Shown piece after piece: positions 28,951-40,420 of a stretch of 64,000 bases of DNA. The notes beneath the pieces were generated by a model. It was not told the DNA's origin and did no database searches. It saw nothing but the letters and a program-made list of their open reading frames with translations. The DNA is from Ruminococcus sp. Lineage in GTDB: Bacteria > Bacillota > Clostridia > Oscillospirales > Acutalibacteraceae. The stretch lies in contig SFCS01000006.1 of assembly GCA_004558485.1 (NCBI GenBank), positions 14,041 to 78,040 of the forward strand. Reading direction: 5' to 3'. Made by a program: the position numbers and the translations under genes. The first letter of the stretch is position 1; every line of letters begins with the position of its first letter.

Positions 28951-29256
28951 ATGAAAAAAGCAAAGGGATTTTTCGGGGCGTTCACGGTGACGCTGTGCGT
29001 TTTGGGACTGGGTGCGGGGTTATTTGTCGCGGGCTATAATTCCCGCCGCATGGCAAAGGGGAGCGAGAGCGCCGCCTACCGCTTCGACGGCGGTACGCTG
29101 CTTCTGACCGACAGCGCGGGCAACACCGTGCGGCTCATGCCGGTGGCGGAGGAGGATCCGCGCGCGGCACTGCTGCCCGCGCCGCTGCGCGTTTGCGCGC
29201 ACGGGCTGCGGTTTCTTGCCGCTGCTGCCGAAAGGCTCAGCGAACGGCTGGGATGA
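28951..29256 (+). CDS. hypothetical small membrane protein (single TM)
   Basis: ATG 28951 directly after the spoIIP stop, with a GGGAGCGGTAGGG RBS. One TM helix; no recognisable domain. Confidence 0.35.
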   Translation: MKKAKGFFGAFTVTLCVLGLGAGLFVAGYNSRRMAKGSESAAYRFDGGTLLLTDSAGNTVRLMPVAEEDPRAALLPAPLRVCAHGLRFLAAAAERLSERLG

Positions 29257-29287
29257 AAAAACCGCCCGTTGTGAAACGGGCGGTTTT
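29255..29287. terminator. bidirectional terminator
   Basis: AAAAAACCGCCCGTT-GTGAA-ACGGGCGGTTTTT. Confidence 0.7.
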
Positions 29288-30523
29288 TCATTTCAGATAG
29301 GTTTTCGCGTCAAAGTGCGTCAGGCGGATGTGCTTGCGATCGACCGTATAGGACAGATATACCGTGTCGCCCATGACCCGCGCAAACGGATAGAAAAGGC
29401 TTTCTCCCATGCGCACCACCGCAAGCGGGCGGCTGTTTGCGAGGTCGTCCCGATCGATGCGGACGATACCGAAGCCGTCGCGGTCGAGCGGTGCGTGGAA
29501 GAGATACAGCTCTCGGTTATACACGATGAAATCCGACCGCGACTGCGCGTCGCGGATGAGACAGGGCGTTGCCCACTTTTCGGTTTTGAGATCGTAATAG
29601 GTCAAAAAGCCCTGCTTGCAGTCGTCGTCCTGCCGCACGAAATAATACACCCGGTCCTCCAGCACATACACCGCGTTTTCCCACTTGGAAAGGTTCACGA
29701 AGTCCGGCGCAGCCACAAAGGTCCACTCGACAAGATCGCGGCTTTTGATGACGGCGTTGAGAAAACCGGAATACATGCCGGTGTAGTACCATTTCTCGCC
29801 GTTTTCCTCCCGCACGCTCAGCTTTTGCATGATGCCGATGTCGCTGAACATCTGCTTTACGGGGATGCCGTTCGCGGCAAAGGCGGACACGATGCCCGTC
29901 GCGGAAAAATCGTTCACGACCTCGCCCACCCGCAGACGGTTGGGGCGGACAGCGCTCATCGTGCGGCGGGAAAGGCTGAAGGTGCGGTAGAGCCGATAGT
30001 ATTTGTTGTCCACCGATGCCGTCCACGCGATATACAGCGCATCGCCGCCGATATAAAACAGGATGGTGTCATACACGCCTGTGACCGTTTTGCCGTCCAG
30101 CGTGTCGCCCACCTTCTGCACCGTCACGACGGTCATGTCGGCGGGATCGCCCTCGGGGCAGAACGCAAGACGCGCCTCCTGCTGATCTGCGCGCTCCTCG
30201 CCCGTGCCGGTGTTGGCATAATAGGTCATATAGATATAGCCGTCTATCTTCTCAAAGGTGGACACATGTACCATGCGGTCGGGGTCGCTCTGCCCGTTTT
30301 TGGCACAAAACGCCTCGTCGCGCTCAAAGTCCGCGATCCTGCCGCCGACAATGTCCGCCTTGAGCTGATCGCCCGTCGCCAGCGCGGCTTCATCATTGCC
30401 CGGTACGATATACCCGTGATAGCCGTTGATCGGCATATGCGCCTCGCTTTGTGCCGCCTTTGCGCACGGCTGATCCTCCGAAAAAATGTCCGTTGCCGGT
30501 TCTTCAAAAAATACTGTTTCCAT
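29288..30523 (-). CDS. hypothetical cytoplasmic protein (about 411 aa), possibly a beta-propeller glycoside-hydrolase-like enzyme
   Basis: Normal amino-acid composition on the minus strand, whereas the plus-strand ORF is Arg/His junk. No signal peptide. Divergent from an AraC regulator. I cannot assign a family with confidence. Confidence 0.45.
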   Translation of the reverse strand: METVFFEEPATDIFSEDQPCAKAAQSEAHMPINGYHGYIVPGNDEAALATGDQLKADIVGGRIADFERDEAFCAKNGQSDPDRMVHVSTFEKIDGYIYMTYYANTGTGEERADQQEARLAFCPEGDPADMTVVTVQKVGDTLDGKTVTGVYDTILFYIGGDALYIAWTASVDNKYYRLYRTFSLSRRTMSAVRPNRLRVGEVVNDFSATGIVSAFAANGIPVKQMFSDIGIMQKLSVREENGEKWYYTGMYSGFLNAVIKSRDLVEWTFVAAPDFVNLSKWENAVYVLEDRVYYFVRQDDDCKQGFLTYYDLKTEKWATPCLIRDAQSRSDFIVYNRELYLFHAPLDRDGFGIVRIDRDDLANSRPLAVVRMGESLFYPFARVMGDTVYLSYTVDRKHIRLTHFDAKTYLK

Positions 30524-30622
30524 CGCACTCGCCCTTTCGTGGAATATGCTTGCATTATAGGTCAAAAAACGCTATAATACAAGTCAAAAGCAGCCTGTTT
30601 TCGGTCAAAAAACGCTCGGGGT

Positions 30623-31411
30623 GTGGAAAAGTTGGAGTTTTTTCATCAGTATAACAAAGAGGCACTGGTCGTGTGCAACGACCGCATCCGCTATGCGCCG
30701 CATCTGCACAGTGACGCGGAGATCGTCACGCTCTTTGCGGGGCGCGCGACGCTGCTGCTCGACGGTGCGGAATATATCTTGGAGGCGGGGGATTTCGCTG
30801 TTATTTTTCCCAACCGTCTACACAGCTACCGCGCCGACGATGCGGTGACGGTCGGAAAGTTTATTTTCAGCCCCCGCGATCTGCCGCCGCTCACGGAAAT
30901 TTTTGAAACACAGCGTCCGCAAACGCCGGTCATACGGGCAGCAAGGCTGCGCGACAGCGGTATCCCGCAGCTGGCGCAGGAGATCCTTTCGGCATATGCC
31001 GACGCTGCCCCCGCCGTCCGGCGCGCTTATCTTATGCTGCTTTCGGCAAAGCTCGTCACCCTCTGTGCGCCGGAAAAGACGCAGGACGGCGACAACACCG
31101 CCGTTCTCAGGGTGCTTGCCTATTGTGAGAAAAGCTTTGCCGAGCCGCTCACGCTGGACAGCGTTGCCCACGCGCTGTTTCTCAGCAAAAGCTATATTTC
31201 GCACATTTTTTCCGACAAGATCGGGATACCTTTTCGGCAGTATATCAACCGACTGCGGGTGGACGCCGCCGAGCGGCTGCTGCGGGAGACCGACCGCAGC
31301 ATCACCGACATCGCCGCTGCCGCCGGCTTTTCCGGCATCCGCACCTTCAACCGTGCCTTTCACCTGAACACGGGCATGTCCCCGCGCGCCTATGCAAAGG
31401 AGCACCGATAA
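30623..31411 (+). CDS. AraC-family transcriptional regulator with N-terminal cupin sensor domain
   Basis: N-terminal cupin-like fold. C-terminal tandem HTH (…SKSYISHIFSDKIGIPFRQYINRLRVDAAERLL…). GTG/TTG start region. Confidence 0.75.
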   Translation: MEKLEFFHQYNKEALVVCNDRIRYAPHLHSDAEIVTLFAGRATLLLDGAEYILEAGDFAVIFPNRLHSYRADDAVTVGKFIFSPRDLPPLTEIFETQRPQTPVIRAARLRDSGIPQLAQEILSAYADAAPAVRRAYLMLLSAKLVTLCAPEKTQDGDNTAVLRVLAYCEKSFAEPLTLDSVAHALFLSKSYISHIFSDKIGIPFRQYINRLRVDAAERLLRETDRSITDIAAAAGFSGIRTFNRAFHLNTGMSPRAYAKEHR

Positions 31412-31450
31412 AAAGCCGCGGACTTCAAACGAAGTGCGCGGCTTTATTTT
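31411..31450. terminator. bidirectional terminator
   Basis: AAAGCCGCG…CGCGGCTTTATTTT. Confidence 0.55.
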
Positions 31451-31453
31451 ATA

Positions 31454-32800
31454 TCAGTATTGCACGGCAGCCTTGCCGTCGCCGTCATAGGAAACGAGGG
31501 CACGGCTCTGCATAAAGGCGTCAAGCGCTTTGAAATACGCCTCCTTGCTTTCATAGGGCGGCGTGTAGTCCGAGAGAATGGCGTTTGCCGTTTTGGCACC
31601 GTCCCGCAGCAGCTCCGCCGCCATGAGCAGTTGTCCGACAGCAGAGGTCACGCAGGCGCATTCCGCGTCCGCGATGCGATAATCCTCGCCGTGGGGCGTG
31701 CCCCTTGCACCCGCGATGTGCGGATGCAGACAGGGCATAACGCAGCTCACATCGCCGATATCGGAGCAGCCGGTATACCATTCGTTGTGGATGGTGAGCT
31801 TTTCCTCGCCCACCAGTGCCGCCATGCAGCGATGGGCGACATCGATGAGCCCTTTGTTGTTGATAAGCGGGGCATAGCCGGGGCGGTCGTGCACCGTCAC
31901 CCTTGCGCCGAGCGCCAAAGCGCCCGCCGCCAGTGCGCGGTTGACCTTTTTGCTTTCTCTGGCGATCGCCTCGATGGTCGCGCCGCGGACATAGGACTCC
32001 AGCGTGACGCGGGAGGGGATGATGTTCACCGAGGTGCCACCCTCGGTCATGATGGGATGCACGCGGATGTGCTCCTCGTCGCGGAAGGTTTCGCGCAGGG
32101 CGTTGATGCCCGCGAGTCCGACCTCGGCGGCATACAGCGCGTTGATGCCGTGCTCCGGATCGGCGCCGTGGGAGGGCACGCCCTCAAACACCACCGACTT
32201 GGCGATGCAGCCGTTTTGTCCATAGTGGCAGTCGAATACCGTGCCGTCGTCCTGCAGACCGGTGTGAAACATATACGCCATATCCACGCCGTCCATATAG
32301 CCGCGATAGAGAAATTCCGTTTTGCCGCCGAAATAGTGGATCGTGCCTTTTCGGCGCAGCTCCTCGCGGAACTCCACCTCGATCAGCTCCTCCGCCGGTA
32401 CGCACATGAGGCGGATCGAGCCGGAAAGCCCGTCGAGCGCGCCCGGCTCCTTGAGCGCCAGTGCGATGCCGACCATGGCGGCACACTGGGCATGGTGACC
32501 GCAGGCGTGCGCACAGCCGTTCACCGCTTCAAAGTGCCCCTGCACCGCCAGCGCGTCCAGCTCTGCCATGATGAGGAGCTTCGGACCGGGACGGCCGGTG
32601 TCGATGTCGGTGTAAAATCCGGGGATGTCACCCGCCTTATGCAGGGTATAGCCCGCTTTTTCAAAAATCCCCTCCAGATAGGCGGAGGTCTGCCATTCCT
32701 TGAAGCCGGTCTCGGGATGCTGCCAGATATGGCGCTCTGCGGCAAGAATTTCCTTGCGGTGTTGCGCGACGAGCGCGCGGTATTTTTCTGTTTCTATCAT
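31454..32800 (-). CDS. M20-family amidohydrolase (AbgB/hippuricase-like)
   Basis: M20D-type metal-binding motifs (CAHACGHH, …EEL.E…). About 448 aa. ATG 32800 after GAGGGGG. Confidence 0.65.
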   Translation of the reverse strand: MIETEKYRALVAQHRKEILAAERHIWQHPETGFKEWQTSAYLEGIFEKAGYTLHKAGDIPGFYTDIDTGRPGPKLLIMAELDALAVQGHFEAVNGCAHACGHHAQCAAMVGIALALKEPGALDGLSGSIRLMCVPAEELIEVEFREELRRKGTIHYFGGKTEFLYRGYMDGVDMAYMFHTGLQDDGTVFDCHYGQNGCIAKSVVFEGVPSHGADPEHGINALYAAEVGLAGINALRETFRDEEHIRVHPIMTEGGTSVNIIPSRVTLESYVRGATIEAIARESKKVNRALAAGALALGARVTVHDRPGYAPLINNKGLIDVAHRCMAALVGEEKLTIHNEWYTGCSDIGDVSCVMPCLHPHIAGARGTPHGEDYRIADAECACVTSAVGQLLMAAELLRDGAKTANAILSDYTPPYESKEAYFKALDAFMQSRALVSYDGDGKAAVQY

Positions 32801-32810
32801 ATATGCCCCC

Positions 32811-34616
<1,806 letters not shown>

Positions 34617-34717
34617 GCTGTTACCTCGTTTATAGACTTATAGACAGTCTACCACACTTTTTTGCTTGCGTAAAGAAATTTTCTTGTATATAATGGGAAA
34701 AAGATAGGAGTGAGTAC

Positions 34718-35644
34718 ATGGACTGGACCGAAATTTGCATCCGCATCCCGACGGCGGCGGTGGACGCGGCGACGGCGATCGCCAACATGACCGTGCCGTA
34801 TGGGGTATACATTGAGGACTACAGCGATTTGGAGCAGGGTGCGCGGGAGATCGCGCACATCGACCTCATCGACGAGGAGCTGCGCAAGAAGGATCGCAGC
34901 GCCGCAATCATCCACATCTATGTCGAGCCGACGGACAACCCTGCCGAGGCGCTCGCATTTTTGCGGGAGCGGCTGACGGCGGCGGGCATCCCGCACACGC
35001 TGGCGGCGGGAACGGTGCGCGAGGAGGACTGGGCGCACAACTGGAAAAAGTTTTTCAAGCCCCTGCCTGTGGGCGAGCGGCTACTCGTCTGCCCCTCCTG
35101 GGAGGAGGCGGGAGACGCCGCGAAGGGGAGAGCGGTGCTGCGCATCGACCCCGGCATGGCGTTCGGCACGGGTGGTCACGACACCACGCGGCTTGTGCTC
35201 GAAACGCTGCAAAAGCATCTGAAGGCGGGGGACACCCTGCTCGATGTCGGGTGCGGCAGCGGTATTCTCGGCATCGCGGGCTGCCTTTTGGGCGCTGCGT
35301 CGGCGCTTTTGGTGGACATTGACGCGCTTGCGGTCAAGACGGCGGTCGAAAACGGCGAAATGAACGGGCTGCGCGCACCGCGGTATACGGTGGTTTTGGG
35401 CGACCTTGTGGACAAGGTGAGCGGACAGTTCGATGTCATCACCGCCAACATTGTGGCGGATGCCATCATCGCGCTTTCCCCCGCCGTCGAGCCGTTTCTG
35501 AAGCCGGACGGGGTGTATATCGTCTCCGGCATCATCGACACGCGCGAGGCGGATGTGTTGCCCGCGCTCAAGGCGGCGGGCTTTGCGGTCGTCGAGCGGC
35601 ACGCGCACGGCGGCTGGGTGTGCCTCGTGTGCAAACGGGGGTGA
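34718..35644 (+). CDS. prmA: ribosomal protein L11 methyltransferase
   Basis: PrmA family with SAM motif LDVGCGSGILGIAG. Promoter TTGCTT-17-TGTATATAAT upstream. Confidence 0.85.
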   Translation: MDWTEICIRIPTAAVDAATAIANMTVPYGVYIEDYSDLEQGAREIAHIDLIDEELRKKDRSAAIIHIYVEPTDNPAEALAFLRERLTAAGIPHTLAAGTVREEDWAHNWKKFFKPLPVGERLLVCPSWEEAGDAAKGRAVLRIDPGMAFGTGGHDTTRLVLETLQKHLKAGDTLLDVGCGSGILGIAGCLLGAASALLVDIDALAVKTAVENGEMNGLRAPRYTVVLGDLVDKVSGQFDVITANIVADAIIALSPAVEPFLKPDGVYIVSGIIDTREADVLPALKAAGFAVVERHAHGGWVCLVCKRG

Positions 35645-35648
35645 CAAA

Positions 35649-36368
35649 ATGCCGCGGTTCTTTTTGGATGAGGCGATCGGCGACACGGTCACGATCACCG
35701 GCGGCGACGCGCGGCACATCGCGCTTTCCCTGCGTATGCAGGTGGGGGATGCGCTAACGCTGTGCAACGGGTGCGGCACGGACTATGCCTGCCGCATCAC
35801 GGCGCTTTCCCCCGACAGCGTGACGCTGTCCGTCATGGAAACGACGGACAGCAAAAGCGAGCCGTCGGTGGCGGTGACGCTGTATCAGGGGCTGCCGAAG
35901 GGCGACAAGCTGGAGCTTATCGTGCAAAAGGCGGTGGAGCTGGGCGTCACGCGGATCGTGCCGGTGGTGACTGCCCGCAGTATCGCCAGGGAAAGCGCCA
36001 GAGATCAGAAAAAGACCGCCCGTCTGCAAAAAATTGCAAACGAGGCGGCGGGACAGAGCGGCCGCGGCATCCTGCCGACGGTCGAGCCGCCCGTTTCCTT
36101 TGCGGCTGCGGCTGCGCGCATGGCAGGGGAGAACACGGTCGTTTTGTATGAATGCGGCGGCGCGCCGCTGCGGGAGACAGTGAAGGACGCGCCGCGGGCG
36201 CTGTCGCTCTTTGTCGGACCGGAGGGCGGCATCGCCCCCGACGAGGTGGAAACGCTCGTGAAAAACGGCGCAAGGACGGCGACGCTCGGGCCGCGCATCC
36301 TACGCTGTGAGACAGCGCCCATCGCGGCGCTTGCCGCCGTCATGGCGCTGACGGGGAATATGGAGTGA
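35649..36368 (+). CDS. rsmE: 16S rRNA (uracil1498-N3)-methyltransferase
   Basis: MPRFFLDE… RsmE N-terminus and SPOUT fold. Conserved prmA-rsmE pairing. Confidence 0.8.
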   Translation: MPRFFLDEAIGDTVTITGGDARHIALSLRMQVGDALTLCNGCGTDYACRITALSPDSVTLSVMETTDSKSEPSVAVTLYQGLPKGDKLELIVQKAVELGVTRIVPVVTARSIARESARDQKKTARLQKIANEAAGQSGRGILPTVEPPVSFAAAAARMAGENTVVLYECGGAPLRETVKDAPRALSLFVGPEGGIAPDEVETLVKNGARTATLGPRILRCETAPIAALAAVMALTGNME

Positions 36369-36369
36369 A

Positions 36370-36402
36370 AAACGCCGAGGCAGCGCCTCGGCGTTTTTTT
36401 AT
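36370..36402. terminator. bidirectional terminator
   Basis: AAAAACGCCGAGGCAGCGCCTCGGCGTTTTTTT. Confidence 0.7.
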
Positions 36403-37652
36403 GCTTCCGTTTCCGGCTTTTCGTGCACCGTGACCTCGATCTCCGAGGCGCGTTGCTCGTCGGTGGCGGTGACGCGCACGGTGAGATTTTCAAAGTCGAA
36501 GGTGTCGCCGACGGCGGGAATTTTGCCGATGTGGGCGGTCACCCAACCGTTGACGGTGGAGACCTCCGTCTCCTCCTCCACGCCGAACCGCTCGAAAAAC
36601 TCCGAAAGCTCGGTTGCGGCGGGGACGGCAAAGGTGTCCTTGCCGATCTCTCGTATTTCGGCGGCGACGGTGTCGTGCTCGTCCCAGATCTCGCCGACCA
36701 ACTCCTCCACGATGTCCTCGATGGTGACAATGCCCTCTGTACCGCCGAACTCGTCCACGACAACGGCGATGTGTACCTTTTCCTGCTGCAGCCGCTTCAA
36801 AAGCTCGGAAATTTTGACCGATGCGGGAATGAACAGCGCCGGCTGCAGGATGCTCTCAATGGTGTTTTCGGTGTCGCGCAGATGGCGGTGAAAATCCTTT
36901 TCGTTCACAACGCCGACGATGTTGTCGATCGTGTCGCGATAGACGGGGATGCGGGAGAAGCCGGTCTCCTCAAACAGCTCCTGCAGCGCCTTCGGCGTTT
37001 CCTCAATGTCGATGGCGACCACATCGATGCGCGGGGTGAGGATGTCGCCCGCGTCCAGGTCGGTGAACTCGATGACATTGTGGAAAAGCTCCTTCTCGCC
37101 GCTGTCGATACCGCCGTCCTGCTCCGCCTCGTCCACCAGCGTCAAAAGCTCGTCCTCGGTCATGCCGCTGCTTTTTTCCACGCGAATGAGGCGGGAGACG
37201 GCACCTTTCAGGTGAATGAGCAGAAAGCTCAGCGGAAAAAACAGGGTGTTGAGCACCGTGACCGGACCGGAGACCTTCAGCACAAAGCTGTCCGCCGCCT
37301 CCTTTGCCAGGCTTTTCGGCGTGATCTCGCCGAAGATCAGCACCACCACCGTCATCACGACGGTGGAAACGGTGGCGCCGTTGCTTTTAAAAAAGCCGAC
37401 AAACAGCACCGTGGCAATACTGGCGGAGGCAATGTTCACGATGTTGTTGCCGATGAGCACGGTGGCAAGCAGGCGGTCATAGCTGTCGAGCAGCTTCATG
37501 ACGCGCCGCGCGCGGCGGTCGCCGTCGTTTGCCATGTTTTTGATGCGCACGCGGTTCAGCGACATATATGCCGTCTCGGTCGCCGAAAAGAAGGCAGACA
37601 GAGCAACGAGAACGATGAGGGCTATGATAAGCCCGATACTGTGACTGTCCAT
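36399..37652 (-). CDS. CNNM/HlyC-family transporter (DUF21 + CBS pair + CorC_HlyC)
   Basis: N-terminal 4-TM DUF21, tandem CBS and a C-terminal CorC_HlyC domain. Confidence 0.75.
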   Translation of the reverse strand: MDSHSIGLIIALIVLVALSAFFSATETAYMSLNRVRIKNMANDGDRRARRVMKLLDSYDRLLATVLIGNNIVNIASASIATVLFVGFFKSNGATVSTVVMTVVVLIFGEITPKSLAKEAADSFVLKVSGPVTVLNTLFFPLSFLLIHLKGAVSRLIRVEKSSGMTEDELLTLVDEAEQDGGIDSGEKELFHNVIEFTDLDAGDILTPRIDVVAIDIEETPKALQELFEETGFSRIPVYRDTIDNIVGVVNEKDFHRHLRDTENTIESILQPALFIPASVKISELLKRLQQEKVHIAVVVDEFGGTEGIVTIEDIVEELVGEIWDEHDTVAAEIREIGKDTFAVPAATELSEFFERFGVEEETEVSTVNGWVTAHIGKIPAVGDTFDFENLTVRVTATDEQRASEIEVTVHEKPETEA

Positions 37653-37662
37653 AGCGGATGCG

Positions 37663-38334
37663 TTATACCTCTTTCTTTTTTAGATGATGGAGTATGTCTG
37701 CGTTGGTGATGAACAAAGCGGCAGGCTTTTCCGACGCCGCCATTTTCCGAAACCAAAAACGGATGAGCAGCCATGCGGCAACGCCGCACAGCGTGCCGAC
37801 GATAGCACCGCCGACAATGTCGGAGGCATAGTGCACCTGAATGTAGATGCGGGAAAAGCCGATGAGCAGCGCGGGGATATAGGCAAGAAAGCTATACTTT
37901 TTGTTGCCGCACAGGAACACCGCCGTCATCGCGGCAAACGATGCCGTCGCGTGGCCGGACGGGAAGGAATAGATCTCGTTTTCCAGTCCGTGTCCGATCG
38001 CCTGCCAATAGGTGAAAAAGGTACCAAGCTCGTCGGCATAGGGGCGCGGGCGCGCGATGCCGTTTTTGAGCGCGAGGTTCGTGACGAGCAGTCCGAACAG
38101 CAAGGCAATGAGCATGGTCGCGCCGGTGCGCCGCCCTTTCTTGAACAGCAGGCAGACGACCGCCACCGCGATGAAAAAGATGCCGCCGTTGCCGAACAGC
38201 GTCAGAAACGGGAAAAGCCAGTCAAAAAAGCCGCCCGCGGCGCTCTCGTGCAGCGAGAAGGCGAAGTGTGAAACCGTGCTGTCCATGCCGGAAAATGTCA
38301 CATTGAGCCATGCGGCAAATGCCGTCGATCCCAA
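37663..38334 (-). CDS. PAP2-family phosphatase (membrane)
   Basis: PAP2 motifs (KNGIARPRP … PSGH … SRIYIQVHYASD). Confidence 0.75.
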   Translation of the reverse strand: MGSTAFAAWLNVTFSGMDSTVSHFAFSLHESAAGGFFDWLFPFLTLFGNGGIFFIAVAVVCLLFKKGRRTGATMLIALLFGLLVTNLALKNGIARPRPYADELGTFFTYWQAIGHGLENEIYSFPSGHATASFAAMTAVFLCGNKKYSFLAYIPALLIGFSRIYIQVHYASDIVGGAIVGTLCGVAAWLLIRFWFRKMAASEKPAALFITNADILHHLKKKEV

Positions 38335-38450
38335 AAATATCCCTCCAAAAAGTATGTATTACGGATAGAATACCACATATTTTTTATCATTGCAATAGTG
38401 AAAGAAATGTGGTAGAATGATAAAAAACTGTGAAAAAGGATATGTCGGAT

Positions 38451-39398
38451 ATGAAAATTGTGTTATTGGATGTGGACACCGTAACAAACGGCGATGTGTC
38501 GCTTGCGCCGATCGAAAGGCTCGGCGAGGTCGTCGGCTACCCGCTGTTGCCGCCCGAAAAGGTGGCGGCGGCGATCGGCGACGCCGATGCGGTGGTGTGC
38601 AACAAAACGGAGATCTCCGCCGATGTGATCGCTGCCTGCGAAAGCCTCAAATTCATCGGCGTGTTTGCAACGGGATATAATAACATTGACCTTGCGGCGG
38701 CGAAGGCGCGGGGAATCACGGTGTGCAATGTGCCGGGCTATTCCACCGACGCGGTGGCACAGCATGTGTTTGCGATGGTGCTGTCCCTTGCCGGCAGTCT
38801 CGCCGCCTATGACCGCTCGGTGCACGCGGGCGACTGGGTGCGGGAAAAGCGCTTCACCTATTTTCCGTATCCGCTGCACGAGCTGGCGGGAAAAACGCTC
38901 GGTATTTTCGGCTGCGGCGCGATCGGCAAAAAGGTCGCGGCGATCGGCAGGGCGTTCGGGATGGACATTCTGGTCTCGACCCGCACGCCGGCGCACTGCC
39001 CGGGAGAGACCTGCTGCACGCCGGATGAGTTGTTTGCGGCAGCGGATGTGCTGACCTTCCACTGCCCGCTGACGCCCGAAACGCGCGGCATCATCAACCG
39101 CCGCACCCTGTCGCTGATGAAACCGACGGCACTGCTCATCAACACCGCGCGCGGCGGCATCATGGACGAGGTCGCGGTGGCGGATGCGCTGCATGCGGGC
39201 GTGATCGCGGGTGCGGGCATCGATGTGCAGATAAAAGAGCCGATGGCGGCGGACAATCCGCTGCGCACCGCGCCGCACTGCATCCTCACCCCGCACATCG
39301 CGTGGGCGCCCTTTGAGACGCGGGTGCGGCTCATTGACCGCGTCGCCGAAAATCTTTCTGCGTTTCAAAACGGAAATCCCATCAACACCGTTATATGA
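38451..39398 (+). CDS. D-isomer-specific 2-hydroxyacid dehydrogenase (glycerate/hydroxypyruvate reductase-like)
   Basis: NAD motif GIFGCGAIGKKVA and catalytic R/E/H region. Start ambiguous (GTG 38430, ATG 38442, ATG 38451). Confidence 0.75.
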   Translation: MKIVLLDVDTVTNGDVSLAPIERLGEVVGYPLLPPEKVAAAIGDADAVVCNKTEISADVIAACESLKFIGVFATGYNNIDLAAAKARGITVCNVPGYSTDAVAQHVFAMVLSLAGSLAAYDRSVHAGDWVREKRFTYFPYPLHELAGKTLGIFGCGAIGKKVAAIGRAFGMDILVSTRTPAHCPGETCCTPDELFAAADVLTFHCPLTPETRGIINRRTLSLMKPTALLINTARGGIMDEVAVADALHAGVIAGAGIDVQIKEPMAADNPLRTAPHCILTPHIAWAPFETRVRLIDRVAENLSAFQNGNPINTVI

Positions 39399-39413
39399 TA
39401 AAGGAGAATATGT

Positions 39414-40079
39414 ATGAACACTGCCATGACCACAAAAGCCCTTTTCGACCTGTCCCACACACAGGCGGCGCCGCTGCTCGAAAAGCACAGCTATCCCTGG
39501 GAGGCGTTGTCCGAGATCGGCGCGTTCATTTTGACGCTTGGGAAAACGCTGTCGCCCGATGAATATGACCACCCCGCCGAGACGGTGTGGATCCACAAGA
39601 CGGCAAAGGTGTTCCCCTCCGCCTATATCGGTGAAAATGTCATCATCGGTGCGGACACGGAGGTGCGGCACTGTGCGTTCATCCGCGGCAACGCGCTGGT
39701 GGGTGCGGGCGCTGTGGTGGGCAATTCCACGGAGCTTAAAAATGTCATCCTGTTCGACCATGTGCAGGTACCGCATTATAACTATGTCGGCGACTCGATT
39801 TTAGGGTATAAGTCCCACATGGGCGCCGGCTCGATCACCTCCAATGTCAAGAGCGACAAAACGCCGGTCACCATCCGTGCCGATGAGCGGGTGGAGACGG
39901 GGCTCAAAAAGATGGGCGCGGTGCTCGGCGACCGTGTAGAGGTCGGCTGCGGCAGCGTGTTGAATCCCGGTACGGTCATCGGCAGCGGCAGCCAGATCTA
40001 TCCGCTGTCGGCGGTGCGCGGCTTTGTCCCCGCGAACAGCATCTATAAGCATCGGGGCGAGGTCGTGGAGAAACGGTAA
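39414..40079 (+). CDS. left-handed beta-helix (hexapeptide-repeat) transferase family protein
   Basis: Repeated [LIV]G.N..[IV] hexapeptides throughout the C-terminal two-thirds. No nucleotidyltransferase domain. Confidence 0.55.
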   Translation: MNTAMTTKALFDLSHTQAAPLLEKHSYPWEALSEIGAFILTLGKTLSPDEYDHPAETVWIHKTAKVFPSAYIGENVIIGADTEVRHCAFIRGNALVGAGAVVGNSTELKNVILFDHVQVPHYNYVGDSILGYKSHMGAGSITSNVKSDKTPVTIRADERVETGLKKMGAVLGDRVEVGCGSVLNPGTVIGSGSQIYPLSAVRGFVPANSIYKHRGEVVEKR

Positions 40080-40133
40080 TGCACTCACTGCATACAATTC
40101 GCGTGTTTTTTGCGCCTTGCGCAAATTGATCGA

Positions 40134-40356
40134 GATTTTTTATAATCAGCGTACCTACCACGCAAATGCTCCGTGCAGTCCGCAGACTGCACGGAGCATT
40201 TGACCAAGGAAGCGCTCCGCACTTCCTTGCGCCCGCGCGCAACAAGATCATTTTATAATCGGCGCACCCACTGCGCGCAAATACGCCACGCTGCTGCGTG
40301 GCGTATTTGACCAAGGAAGCGTGGGAAGTGCAGAGCACTTCTCACGCTTCCTTGCG
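40134..40356. repeat. tandem pair of about 100-nt structured repeat units (two-hairpin modules)
   Basis: Each unit is TTTTATAATC(A/G)GCG…AAAT, a 10-14 bp perfect hairpin, ATTTGACCAAGGAAGCG, then a second hairpin closing on CTTCCTTGCG. Unit A spans 40134-40230 and unit B 40250-40356. Confidence 0.6.
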
Positions 40357-40420
40357 TTGACAATTATCATGTTTTGTGCTACACTGATTCCGTTCATTTC
40401 AAAGCAAGGGCGGACGAAGC

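Noticed and set aside
40141-40259. TATAAT and TTGACC hexamers inside the tandem repeat units, considered as sRNA promoters
   Set aside because: The -35-like and -10-like boxes are 48 nt apart (or 9 nt with the upstream TTGATC), so neither spacing gives a functional sigma-A promoter. They are kept only as part of the repeat description.
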